Source: Planctomycetota bacterium
Lineage (GTDB): Bacteria; Planctomycetota; PLA2; JAEUHO01
Direction: 5' to 3'
Assembly (NCBI GenBank): GCA_965223505.1
Contig: CBDCWP010000039.1
Span: forward strand, 128,001-192,000
DNA length: 64,000 bases
Shown: positions 20,260 to 29,319 of the stretch, piece by piece
Layout: each line of letters opens with the position of its first letter
Position numbering within the stretch: position 1 is the first letter of the stretch
Notes under the pieces: generated by a model
What the model was told of the DNA's origin: nothing
Database searches by the model: none
Seen by the model: the letters and a program-made list of their open reading frames with translations, nothing else
Position numbers and translations under genes: made by a program

Positions 20260-20933
20260 CGGTCGCGCTGTCGACGCGCTGGACCGGTTCGTCGCCGGAC
20301 GAGATCGTCCCGCTGGCGCGCGACCTCGACGTTCGCAATTTCGTGTTCGATGTGCCGCCGGCCCGGGCCCGGTCGTTGCGGCGCGAGCTCAAGGCGTCGG
20401 GCGTCGCCGTGGCCGGTGTCGGACTCGGCGCGGGTGCCTCGGCGGCGGACGAGGACGCGGCGCGGTTCGCGAGCCGTCTCGAGGCCGGCATCGGCGCGGC
20501 TTCCGATCTTCGTGCAGGGCACGTGCTGATCGAAGCCGGAGCAGGCGACGACGCCGAAGAGGCCGCCGAGCGCATCGTCCGCGCGCTGCACGGCGCGTCG
20601 TCGGCTGGAACGCCGATGGCGATCGTCAACGGCGGGATGCTGGGTCTCGAGGAGACCGGCTGGGTGCTGGACGATCTACGCGGTTTGTCGCTTTGGTTCG
20701 ATCCCTCCGTGGTGGATGCCGAAGATCTGGTGACGTGGACGGACCGCTTCGCGGGCCGCTGTGCAGGGTGCTGGGTGCGGCGTCGCCATCCCGAGGATCT
20801 CGGGCTCCCGTGGAGTACGCTTGCGGCGTCGTTGCCGCGACGGATGGTTTGGGCGTTCGATCCGGACGACGACCTGTCGCGGTCTGACGTGGCGGATGCG
20901 GTACGCTATCTGCGTTCCGTGTGCGCCCGATGA
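20256..20933 (+). CDS. Divergent xylose-isomerase-like TIM-barrel protein
   Basis: TTG start overlaps the HAD stop; beta/alpha pattern with LWFD and GLPW; metal ligands appear degenerate. Confidence 0.5.
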   Translation: MTVALSTRWTGSSPDEIVPLARDLDVRNFVFDVPPARARSLRRELKASGVAVAGVGLGAGASAADEDAARFASRLEAGIGAASDLRAGHVLIEAGAGDDAEEAAERIVRALHGASSAGTPMAIVNGGMLGLEETGWVLDDLRGLSLWFDPSVVDAEDLVTWTDRFAGRCAGCWVRRRHPEDLGLPWSTLAASLPRRMVWAFDPDDDLSRSDVADAVRYLRSVCAR

Positions 20934-21133
20934 CGGAGACGCCGATGTCCGACGAACATGCCTCCGATCTTCCGCCGGAACCCGAGGTGCGCGAGATTAC
21001 GCCGGCGCCGGAGGACTTCGAGCATCCGCCGGCGCTGATCAACCTGGTGTGGCCGGTGTTCTGGATCGTCGTGATCGGCGTCTTGGCGAGTGTCGCCTAC
21101 TGCGCGGGCTGGATCGAACCGGCGGCGCACTGA
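20930..21133 (+). CDS. Small single-TM hypothetical protein
   Basis: ATGA overlap with the upstream gene; acidic N-terminus followed by a TM helix. Confidence 0.55.
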   Translation: MTETPMSDEHASDLPPEPEVREITPAPEDFEHPPALINLVWPVFWIVVIGVLASVAYCAGWIEPAAH

Positions 21134-21148
21134 CGACGCCGTCCGCCT

Positions 21149-24100
21149 TCAGGGTGTGACGAGCCGTACGCCTTCGGCGCCCGCCGCCACGCCGCTCTGG
21201 CGGACCAGCGGTTCCGACGAGCCCTCTACGCCGACGGACAGGACGTACGAGCCGGGCAACAACCGTTGGATGACGAAGCGACCCTGCTCGTCGATCGGCG
21301 CTCCCTGCGACCAGCCGTCCGACGACGCGTACACCCAGGCGTTCGACTTGGAGAACGCGAGCGGCTTCCCGGCCGACGTCTCGACGACGCCTGAGATCGT
21401 CATCCCGTCGACGAGTGTCAGCGTCAGCTCCCTTGCCCCCAGCTCGACGTTCTTTCGATAGGCGAGCTTGCCCCCTGCACCGAACCCGAGCGTGACGCTC
21501 AGGTCGTAGGTACGCCCGGGCTGTAGATCGGCCAGGGAGAACGCGCCTTCGGCCGTGACACCGCTGGTGCCCGCCAGCGTCGTTGGTTCGTCGTTGGGAA
21601 ATGCGCGCACCACGTATCTTCGAAGATCATCGACGGCGCCTTGGACCACCCCTTCGATGACGCCCTTGTCCGGCACGACGATGCGTAGGTCCGCTACGGG
21701 CGCAGATATGACGTCGCCGTCGAAGACGAGGCCGAAGGGCGAACGGTGCACGCTCATGCGGTACGACCCCGCCCTGGACACGCGGATGCGGAACGTCCCC
21801 GATTCGTCGGTAGCCGGAACCCCGGTCGCCGGCATGCCGTCGCCCGAAACGGGGGTGGCTCGCGCATAGAGTCCGGCGAGCGGCACCCCGCGTGCGTCGA
21901 CGATCGTTCCCGTGATCAAGACGCCGCCGCCGAACGTGATCGCCAGATCCCCGCTCTCCGCGAGCACGTCTTCGTGCACGACTTCGGGCGGGGGTACGGA
22001 GCCCTGCGGGAAGTAGCGCGCGGTCACGCGTAGCGGCTTGCCCGCGGGCACACCCTCGATCACGAACGAGCCCTCGGTGTCAACGCTCGCAGCGCGAATG
22101 CCGCCTGGGATGGTGCCGTCCGTCGGCCACTCGACTTGCACGCGTCCGCCCGCGGCCGGCTTTCCTTCGTGTGTGGCGGTGCCGCTGAGCTCCACCGACG
22201 CATACAGCGTGACGGTGTAGTCGTCGGTTCCTGCTGCAACGTTCGTGGCGTTCAATTCGAGATATCCCATCGGCGCGATGACCAGCAGGGAGGCGTCGCC
22301 GTCCGATAGTCCGTTGAGCTCGAAGCGTCCGTCGTCGCGTGTCCACACGATGACGCCCAGGCCCTGCACCGCGATGCCACCGAGGCCCTCGCCCTTCGCG
22401 TCCAGCACGCGTCCGCGAATGACCTTGCCTTCGCGTAGTCGCACCGTCACCGGGTCGCTCACGTCGTCGACGCGCATCTGAACGGGAACGGCGTTGATCA
22501 GGAAGCCGTCGGCGTCGCGTGGGTCGGACACATCGATCCGGTAGGGTCCTTTCTGGCCGACCGGAATTGCGAACGTGCCGTCTTCGACCGAGACCGTCAT
22601 GTCCGGCGAGGTCGCCGAGAAGAACTGGCCGGGGACGCGATTGCGGCGCACCGGCTGCCACTGCAGTGTCGCGTGCGGAACGGGGTGACCGTCCGGCGCG
22701 AGGACCGTACCGCGCAGCACGAGGTCGCGTGCGCCGTTCCACGTGACCTCGAGCTCTTCGGCCGGCGCCTGGAACGGGCGCATCAGCTCGACCCCCGGCA
22801 CCAGCGGTCCGCGCGGAACGGTCAGCCGCAGTCGGCCGGACGGCACGCCGGTGAAGCGGAAGCGGCCCGCGGCATCGGTCCTCGTGAGCAACGATTGGCT
22901 CGCATCCATGATCATCCGCGGTCCGGCACGTGCGGCATCGGCTTTGGAGAGCTGGATCGTCTGATGCGGAATCGGTTTTCTGTCGCTGTCGAAGAGCGTG
23001 CCGGAAACGACGAGCCCCGTTTGAATCGTGATGCGCAACCCCGGGCGTTTCTCACCGGGTTCGAGCGGCTGGAGGCGGAGGCTCTCGCCGGGATGGCCCG
23101 CGGGCTTCGCGGTGAGGAATGGACGCGGCGAGCCGGCGGCGGCCTCGAACCGGAACAGGCCTTCCGCGTTCGTGACGGTTCGCTGCTGCTCGAGCGGACG
23201 GGCGGGATTCAAGCCGAGCAGGAGAACAGGGACGGCCGCCATCGGCTCGTCCTTCTCGTCGACCACGACGCCGCTGACGACGGCGGCTGCCACGAGTTGC
23301 AGCGTGACCTCGGGTGTCGGCCGGCCCGTCCGTGTTCGTACGCGTTTCGACGGAACGCCGATGAGGCCCTTCTTCGATGCCCGCAGCGTCCAGGCGTGTC
23401 GCGGCGGAAGGCCGCCGATCTCGAACGTGCCGTCCGTGCCGCTCTTTGCGGGCAGTCCGCCGAGCGCGGCCTCGGGAGCGGCCCAGGGGTCACGGGTCGG
23501 CCAGAGGTCGACGGGAGCGGCCGTCACAAGCGCTCCCGCCACGGGCTCGCCGTCAGGCCCGACGACGCGACCGCGAATCGCGATGCCGCGCGAGAGACGC
23601 ACGTCGCGGATGACGGTGCCGAACGACTTGCGCATCCGCACCGTGAGAGCGGGAGGCGTTCGGCTTGCGATCTGCGGCGCGCCGGGACCGAACGCGGCGG
23701 CCGCGAATACAGGCCGCTGCGTTGCGAAGCTGGGAACGAAGTGGGTCGCGCTGCGTACGACCAGTGTGCTGCGTCCAGGGGGAACGTCGGAGAGACGGTA
23801 GCTGCCGTCGGTGGCGGTCGTCGTGCGCAGCGGTGCGCCGTGCGCGTCGTCGATGACGATTTCGCGACGGACGAGCGAGACCTCAACTCCGGCGAGACCG
23901 TCACCCGTTTCCGCATCGACGACGCGCCCCCGCACCGTGCCGCCGGCGGCGGCGACGACGACCTCCGGTTGCACGGGCGCTTCTTCAGTCGTGTCGACCG
24001 GGCCGCGTTCGAGAACCGGCGTCGCGTCCGGCTCCGGCGCCCCGGCGGGCGCCACGCTGACGGGCTTGCCCGACAACGCATCGAGGTCGCCGGTCTCGTG

Positions 24101-24763
24101 CGGGGGCTCGTTCGAGCCCGGGCGGGGTCCGAGGACGAGCCATCCTGCGAGGATCACGATCAGGACGAGGGCCAGTACGACGGCGTGCTTTTTCACGGCT
24201 AGGACTCCCAACTTGGAGATCGATGGAAGCCCGAGGCCGACCGGCGCAAGCGCGAGGTGCCATGCGCGGCCGTGCCGGGTGTCGAGCGAGACCCGGAGCC
24301 TGCGCAGCCCGCGCTTGATGCGCGTTCGCACCGTCTCGACGGGGACGTCGAGTCGACGGGCGATCTCGGACGCCGAGACGTTCTCGAAGAAGCGTAGGTA
24401 GATGACCGCACGGTAGGGCGGCGGCAGCGCCTCAACTGCGTCGACGAGAGACCGACGCGTGTCGAGTCGTTCCGCGACTTCCGCCGCGGAGGGCATTGCT
24501 TCGGGAACAGCGCATTCGCGCTCGCGTCCTCGCCGGCGCGAGGCGCTTCGGCGTTCGTTGAATGCGACGTTGCGCGTGACGGCGCGCAGCCATCCTCGCG
24601 GGTTCTTCCGTACGGAGTCGCCGCGCTCGAGTGCGGCCACGCAGGCATCCTGGACGACGTCGTCGGCGGTTTGCGAATCGGCGACGAGGAGTCGTGCGAG
24701 TTTCCGGAGACCTTCGATCTCGGAGAGCAGTCGCTCGGACGTCAGCGTGTTGGCGTCGTGCAT
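21149..24763 (-). CDS. ECF sigma-70 factor fused to a TM helix and extracytoplasmic carboxypeptidase-regulatory-like beta-sandwich repeats
   Basis: Sigma region 2 (ADDVVQDA..WLRAVTRN), region 4 (LPPPYRAVIYLRFFE..EIARRLDVPVETVRTRIKRG), TM, then about 8 G.V.D..G.P...TD..G.F repeats. Confidence 0.9.
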   Translation of the reverse strand: MHDANTLTSERLLSEIEGLRKLARLLVADSQTADDVVQDACVAALERGDSVRKNPRGWLRAVTRNVAFNERRSASRRRGRERECAVPEAMPSAAEVAERLDTRRSLVDAVEALPPPYRAVIYLRFFENVSASEIARRLDVPVETVRTRIKRGLRRLRVSLDTRHGRAWHLALAPVGLGLPSISKLGVLAVKKHAVVLALVLIVILAGWLVLGPRPGSNEPPHETGDLDALSGKPVSVAPAGAPEPDATPVLERGPVDTTEEAPVQPEVVVAAAGGTVRGRVVDAETGDGLAGVEVSLVRREIVIDDAHGAPLRTTTATDGSYRLSDVPPGRSTLVVRSATHFVPSFATQRPVFAAAAFGPGAPQIASRTPPALTVRMRKSFGTVIRDVRLSRGIAIRGRVVGPDGEPVAGALVTAAPVDLWPTRDPWAAPEAALGGLPAKSGTDGTFEIGGLPPRHAWTLRASKKGLIGVPSKRVRTRTGRPTPEVTLQLVAAAVVSGVVVDEKDEPMAAVPVLLLGLNPARPLEQQRTVTNAEGLFRFEAAAGSPRPFLTAKPAGHPGESLRLQPLEPGEKRPGLRITIQTGLVVSGTLFDSDRKPIPHQTIQLSKADAARAGPRMIMDASQSLLTRTDAAGRFRFTGVPSGRLRLTVPRGPLVPGVELMRPFQAPAEELEVTWNGARDLVLRGTVLAPDGHPVPHATLQWQPVRRNRVPGQFFSATSPDMTVSVEDGTFAIPVGQKGPYRIDVSDPRDADGFLINAVPVQMRVDDVSDPVTVRLREGKVIRGRVLDAKGEGLGGIAVQGLGVIVWTRDDGRFELNGLSDGDASLLVIAPMGYLELNATNVAAGTDDYTVTLYASVELSGTATHEGKPAAGGRVQVEWPTDGTIPGGIRAASVDTEGSFVIEGVPAGKPLRVTARYFPQGSVPPPEVVHEDVLAESGDLAITFGGGVLITGTIVDARGVPLAGLYARATPVSGDGMPATGVPATDESGTFRIRVSRAGSYRMSVHRSPFGLVFDGDVISAPVADLRIVVPDKGVIEGVVQGAVDDLRRYVVRAFPNDEPTTLAGTSGVTAEGAFSLADLQPGRTYDLSVTLGFGAGGKLAYRKNVELGARELTLTLVDGMTISGVVETSAGKPLAFSKSNAWVYASSDGWSQGAPIDEQGRFVIQRLLPGSYVLSVGVEGSSEPLVRQSGVAAGAEGVRLVTP

Positions 24764-24810
24764 CGTGGGGGGGCTTCCACACCTTAGACCCCGCGCCTGG
24801 GGCCGATGGT

Positions 24811-25008
24811 TCAGCCTTCCTCCGCGCGACGTGCGGCGCCCTCACTGACATTGAGGAGTGTGGACTCCGCGGCGCGGCGGAGCTGATCGGCGAGCTTGCC
24901 GCGTCCACCGGGCAGACGGCGTGCGATGTCGAGTGTGTGGATGGTGAAGCGCTTTGCGACGCGATGGACGTCGAGGCGATGGAAGGCGAAGGTGGGTTGA
25001 TCGATCAT
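24811..25008 (-). pseudogene. Truncated four-helix-bundle (23S rRNA IVP / Avd-like) gene
   Basis: GGAG RBS; F.FHRLDVH..A, LADQLRRAAESTLLNVSEG match the family N-half; it stops at 65 aa without the ARGS/E helices. Confidence 0.75.
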
Positions 25009-25168
25009 GGCGAGTCTCCAGGTGCGCGACCACGACGAAGTGCCGCGCGCGCCGGTTCACCGGCGCGGCGCTTCGGCGGCGCTGCCATCGCCTGAATAGG
25101 TGAACGGGACTCTGTGCGTGATTTCGTCCGTGGAATTGCTTTACGGACAACGAAGCGTGTTACCCCTT

Positions 25169-25407
25169 CGAACCCGAACCCGAACCCGAACCCGAACCCG
25201 AACCCGAACCCGAACCCCCGAACCCGAACCCGAACCCGAACCCGAACCCGAACCCGAACCCGAACCCGAACCCGAACCCGAACCCGAACCCGAACCCGAA
25301 CCCGAACCCGAACCCGAACCCGAACCCGAACCCGAACCCGAACCCGAACCCGAACCCGAACCCGAACCCGAACCCGAACCCGAACCCGAACCCGAACCCG
25401 AACCCGA
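25169..25407 (+). repeat. (CGAACC)n hexamer tandem repeat, 8+31 units with one CC insertion; (TTCGGG)n on the minus strand
   Basis: Directly visible; the phase shifts at 25217-25218. Confidence 0.98.
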
Positions 25408-25494
25408 GTCCCGTCCCTCAACTGGGTGCACGCTCAGCAGTGCCAAGAGTGGTGGCGCAAGAATCGCAAGAACGTCAAGAAGGGAGAGTGGTAG
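25408..25494 (+). pseudogene. Orphan 3' gene fragment abutting the repeat
   Basis: Reads [32 protein letters not shown] with GC3-rich codons; no plausible 5' part. Confidence 0.45.
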
Positions 25495-25506
25495 GCCGGC
25501 TCCGCG

Positions 25507-28329
25507 CTACGACCCGCCCGCGATCTCGCGGACGCAACGGAACCCCGTCGTCTTGTGCCGTTCCTTCGCGCCCAACACGCGCTTCAGGTAGATCGCGCCC
25601 GCGTCCGGATCGTCGCCGACCCCCGCGCCCTTCACCAGCACCGCGCCGGGATCCTCGCTGTCGATGCTCGGGACGACCATCTCGCGGGCGTTGGCGAGCA
25701 ACCCGCGAACGCCGTACGGACTCGTGTCCTTCTGATGTATGCCCGCCGCCTGGAAGGGCGGCGTGAACGCGCCTTCCGTCGGATGACCCATCGCGTTGTT
25801 GGGCAGGACGTAGCCGAGCGCGGCGCCCGCCGCCAGCACCCACTCCGCCTCCGAGGGCAGGCGCACGTTCGCGCCGTCGCGCTTCGAGCGCCACGCGGCA
25901 TACGCCCGCGCGCTCTCCGGCGTCACGTCCACGACGGGAAGATTCTCCTTGCCGTCGATCACCACGGGGCGGCCGCTGTCCGGATCCGGAACGAACCCCG
26001 ACGCCGGTGCGTGCGCCATCGCCTCATCCGCGCCCTCGAACGAGAGCAGGAACTGCGCATAGGCGCTGTTCGTCACCTCGGCTTTGTCCATCAGGAAGGA
26101 CGACACCATGACCCGTGCTGCGCGATCGGTGTACGGCGCGTCGCGCGGGCGGACCTGCTCACCGAGTACTAGCACCATGCCTGCCGGCACCGAATCGGGC
26201 GGGACCGGTAGGTCGTAGCTCGCCAGCGCCGGCTCGAGCTTCACGTTCGCGTTCTTGTCGCGAATCGTCAGCGGAATTCGGACCGGAACGCGAACGGACT
26301 CGGTGGCGCCGATGCGGATGTCGTACGCGCCGGGCGCGAGCTTGTTCTCGCCGGGCCGAACGCTCACCGTCTTGTTCGTGACGACGTTGCGCCCGGTCAT
26401 CTTCGTGCCTTCCGGCACGTTGAACACGACGCGCGGCGCGGCAAAGCGGTCGCGGACGAACCGCAGCCGCTCCAGGAGGTGCGTGAGCGAGTCCGAGGCC
26501 GGCTCCTGCGAGACACGCTGCGCGATCGCGTCGGCCCGTTCCTCGAGCGCTTTCCAGAAGTGATACGCCTCGACCGGCGTCAGGGTCGAGGCCGTGGACT
26601 TGAGCTCATCGGCGCGCTCTTCCAGCAAGTTCGTGTCGACCAGCGCGTCGTCGACGCGCGTGGACGCGCCGATCGCCTGGTCGCCCGCGAGGACCTTGCC
26701 GATCATGAATCCGCCGGCCAGTCCCAGAAGGATCCAGACGAGCGTCACGAGATGCGCGCTGAGAGCCCGCTTCGCGGTCTCGACGGCCGCCGCCGACCCG
26801 CCGGCTTGGGACAGCGCACGCACTTTGCTGCCCTTGAGCCACGACTGGACCTCGGTCGAGAGCTGACGCGCGTTCACGTATCGATCGCTCGTCGTCTTCG
26901 ACATGGCCTTGTTGATGACCGCGCGCAGTGACGACGGCGTCGATGGCGGCAGCTCCTGGTAGACGGCGTCGCGCGCGTCCCGGTAGATGCTCTCGATCGT
27001 CCGCAGCCCTTCGTCCTGCAGGCGACCGAGCTTCTCGTCGCACAGCTCCGCGCGCTTCGGCTTGCCCTCGGCGAGTGCGGCCTCCTTGGCTTCCTCGAGC
27101 GCCTTGATGCGGCGCTTGAGCTCCGCCCGCGTGATGGGGGCGGCGCCCGCCAACGGCGGCTCGCCGGTGACGCAGAAGTGCAGCAGCGCGCCCAGGCCCC
27201 AGACGTCCGTGCGCGCCTTGGTGTTGCCCTTCGCCTGCTCGGGCGCGAGGAACCGCGGCGTACCGACGATGCCCGCGTCCTCCGCGGTCGGGTCGATGAC
27301 CGCGCCCGACGACAAACCGCCCTTCTTCTCCATGACGTGACAGATGCCGAAGTCGATGACGTACGGCCGCAGCGTGCGCGAGTCGACGAGGACGTTGTCG
27401 GGCTTGAGGTCGCGATGGATGACGCCGTTCTCGACGTTGGCGACGTAGATGCCGTCGCACACGGGCACCAGGACCTTCGCGATCAGCTCGTTCAGCTCGC
27501 CGAGCTCGCGAAGTGTCGTATAGCGGTGAAGCGTGCCGCTCTCGCGGGCCTGCACCACCTCCGAGAGCGACCACGGCTTGTACAGGAGCTCCATCGTGAA
27601 GAACGGACGCCCGTCGTCGAGCTCCCCGCGGTCGAACACCGGCATGATGTTCTGGTGCCGGATGTTGGCCTGCACCTCGATCTCGCGCAGGAAGCGTTGG
27701 CGCATCGTCTCGGACTGGTCCTTCAGGAGCACCTTCACCGCAACGGTCCGGTTCGTGGTCGCGTCGAACGCGCCGTAGACTTCGCTCGTGCCGCCGCGCC
27801 CGATCGCGGATTCGACCTGGTACCGCCCGATTTGATCACCGGGGCTGAACTCGGCGTCGAACACCTCGTCGCGACTCGCCTTGGTGGAGGCCTTGACGGC
27901 CTCTTCGGCCTGCTCGGACGTCAGATCCGTGTCGCCTTTCGGGACCGCGTCTCTGTCGCGCTCCTTGGCTTTGTCCTTGTCTTTGCCGCGTTTGCGCTTC
28001 GGCGCCTTGCTGCCGCGCTTGCGCGCCACGGGCGCAGCGCCGCTGCCCGACTTCTTCTTCGGAACGGGCGCCGCGGGCGTGTCGTCCTTGGGCGCGTCTT
28101 CCTTCGGTGTCTCTTCCGGGGGCGCCTCGCCCAGCGAGATCTCGAGCGCCTGCACCCGCGGCAGCTCGTCTTCGTCCAGGCTGACGCCGAGCTCGAGGCC
28201 GCAACCGACGCAGTGGGTCTTCATCACCGCGCCCTCTTTGCCCACCAAGCCGCTGAGGTCGGCGCGGTGCTTCTGGCCACACTTCGGGCAGTAGAAAGCG
28301 GGGGGCTTCTTTTCGTCCGGAGCCGTCAT
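25507..28329 (-). CDS. Hanks-type Ser/Thr kinase with N-terminal Zn ribbon, TM and C-terminal FGE-sulfatase (SUMF1-like) domain
   Basis: [79 protein letters not shown]. Confidence 0.9.
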   Translation of the reverse strand: MTAPDEKKPPAFYCPKCGQKHRADLSGLVGKEGAVMKTHCVGCGLELGVSLDEDELPRVQALEISLGEAPPEETPKEDAPKDDTPAAPVPKKKSGSGAAPVARKRGSKAPKRKRGKDKDKAKERDRDAVPKGDTDLTSEQAEEAVKASTKASRDEVFDAEFSPGDQIGRYQVESAIGRGGTSEVYGAFDATTNRTVAVKVLLKDQSETMRQRFLREIEVQANIRHQNIMPVFDRGELDDGRPFFTMELLYKPWSLSEVVQARESGTLHRYTTLRELGELNELIAKVLVPVCDGIYVANVENGVIHRDLKPDNVLVDSRTLRPYVIDFGICHVMEKKGGLSSGAVIDPTAEDAGIVGTPRFLAPEQAKGNTKARTDVWGLGALLHFCVTGEPPLAGAAPITRAELKRRIKALEEAKEAALAEGKPKRAELCDEKLGRLQDEGLRTIESIYRDARDAVYQELPPSTPSSLRAVINKAMSKTTSDRYVNARQLSTEVQSWLKGSKVRALSQAGGSAAAVETAKRALSAHLVTLVWILLGLAGGFMIGKVLAGDQAIGASTRVDDALVDTNLLEERADELKSTASTLTPVEAYHFWKALEERADAIAQRVSQEPASDSLTHLLERLRFVRDRFAAPRVVFNVPEGTKMTGRNVVTNKTVSVRPGENKLAPGAYDIRIGATESVRVPVRIPLTIRDKNANVKLEPALASYDLPVPPDSVPAGMVLVLGEQVRPRDAPYTDRAARVMVSSFLMDKAEVTNSAYAQFLLSFEGADEAMAHAPASGFVPDPDSGRPVVIDGKENLPVVDVTPESARAYAAWRSKRDGANVRLPSEAEWVLAAGAALGYVLPNNAMGHPTEGAFTPPFQAAGIHQKDTSPYGVRGLLANAREMVVPSIDSEDPGAVLVKGAGVGDDPDAGAIYLKRVLGAKERHKTTGFRCVREIAGGS

Positions 28330-28401
28330 GCTCGGGGTCTCCCTGTCGATTGGCGGGCCCATCGTACCGACGATGGACCCGCCGGGAATCCCCCGCGTGC
28401 G

Positions 28402-29319
28402 CTAGTCGTGCTCGTGCCCGTGGCCGTCCGGTCCCAGGCCGTGGGGCACCAGCTCGAACACATCGGTGCCGTAGCGGGCGCCGTTGCGGCTGAACGTCAC
28501 CTTGACGCGGCCCTCGAACTCGGTGCCCATGAGCCACGACGCGTCGGCGCCCGTCTCGCCCGGGAAGATGAAGTAGTTCGTCTTCCCGTCCCGCATGTTC
28601 GGCTTGTCGTCCTCGTCGGGGTTGGTGTCCTGATCGCGTGCCTGCAGGGTGACGACCTTGCCGTCGTGACTCTCGAACGTGATCGTGATCTTGCTCGTCG
28701 CATCGAGGTCGAAGGGCTTGGTGATCTTCTCGTCCGTCGCCAGCCACAGCTCCAGATCGCCCTTGTCGTCGTGCAGCTTCAGCTCGACGTAGCCGTCCGG
28801 GTTCCCGCCGCTCCCGAACGCCGCGACCATGCCCTGGTGCGGGCCGATCGCGTGGTGGTGACCCTCCGGGAACGCGAACGAGCCCTTGGTGCGCGTGCCG
28901 TCGGCGGCTTCGAGCTCGACCCAGATCGCGCTGCCCTCGGGCAACGGATCCGGCGTCTCGACGTGCCCGTGGTAGACGCCGTCGCTCGCGTCCAGCTTGG
29001 CCTTCATCGAGCCCTGTCCGGACTCCGTACCGACCCAAATGCGCAGCGCTTCGGGGGCGTCGCCGTCGACGGTGACGTCGAGCACCGCCTCGTGTCCGGC
29101 CGCGACGTCGCCGAGGAGCGCGACCTCGACCTTGCTGCCGCCGATGTCGGCGGAGCCCAGCGACGCCTTGCGGCCGTGGCCGTGTTCTTCACCGTCACCG
29201 TGACCGCCGTCGTCGTGGTGCTTGTCACCATCGTCGTCGTGACTGCCGTGGTCGTCGCCGCACGCGCCGAGCAGCGCCGCCGCAAAGAACATCATCAAGA
29301 GAGAGAGGATTCGGATCAT
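28402..29319 (-). CDS. His/Asp-rich lipoprotein, accessory to the RND efflux system
   Basis: Lipobox LGAC; His-rich N-terminus, centre and C-terminus; GPHQG..VELKLH; coupled to czcA. Confidence 0.8.
   Translation of the reverse strand: MIRILSLLMMFFAAALLGACGDDHGSHDDDGDKHHDDGGHGDGEEHGHGRKASLGSADIGGSKVEVALLGDVAAGHEAVLDVTVDGDAPEALRIWVGTESGQGSMKAKLDASDGVYHGHVETPDPLPEGSAIWVELEAADGTRTKGSFAFPEGHHHAIGPHQGMVAAFGSGGNPDGYVELKLHDDKGDLELWLATDEKITKPFDLDATSKITITFESHDGKVVTLQARDQDTNPDEDDKPNMRDGKTNYFIFPGETGADASWLMGTEFEGRVKVTFSRNGARYGTDVFELVPHGLGPDGHGHEHD

Noticed and set aside
25005..25591. ORFs encoding poly-(PE), (RT), (RV), (GS) and a possible CRISPR array
   Set aside because: They are translations of the hexamer tract with no convincing RBS or domain; there are no spacers, so it is not CRISPR.
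24811..26200. Avd-like gene next to an FGE (CLec-fold) domain as a diversity-generating retroelement
   Set aside because: No RT and no template repeat matching the kinase 3' end are visible, and the four-helix gene is truncated.
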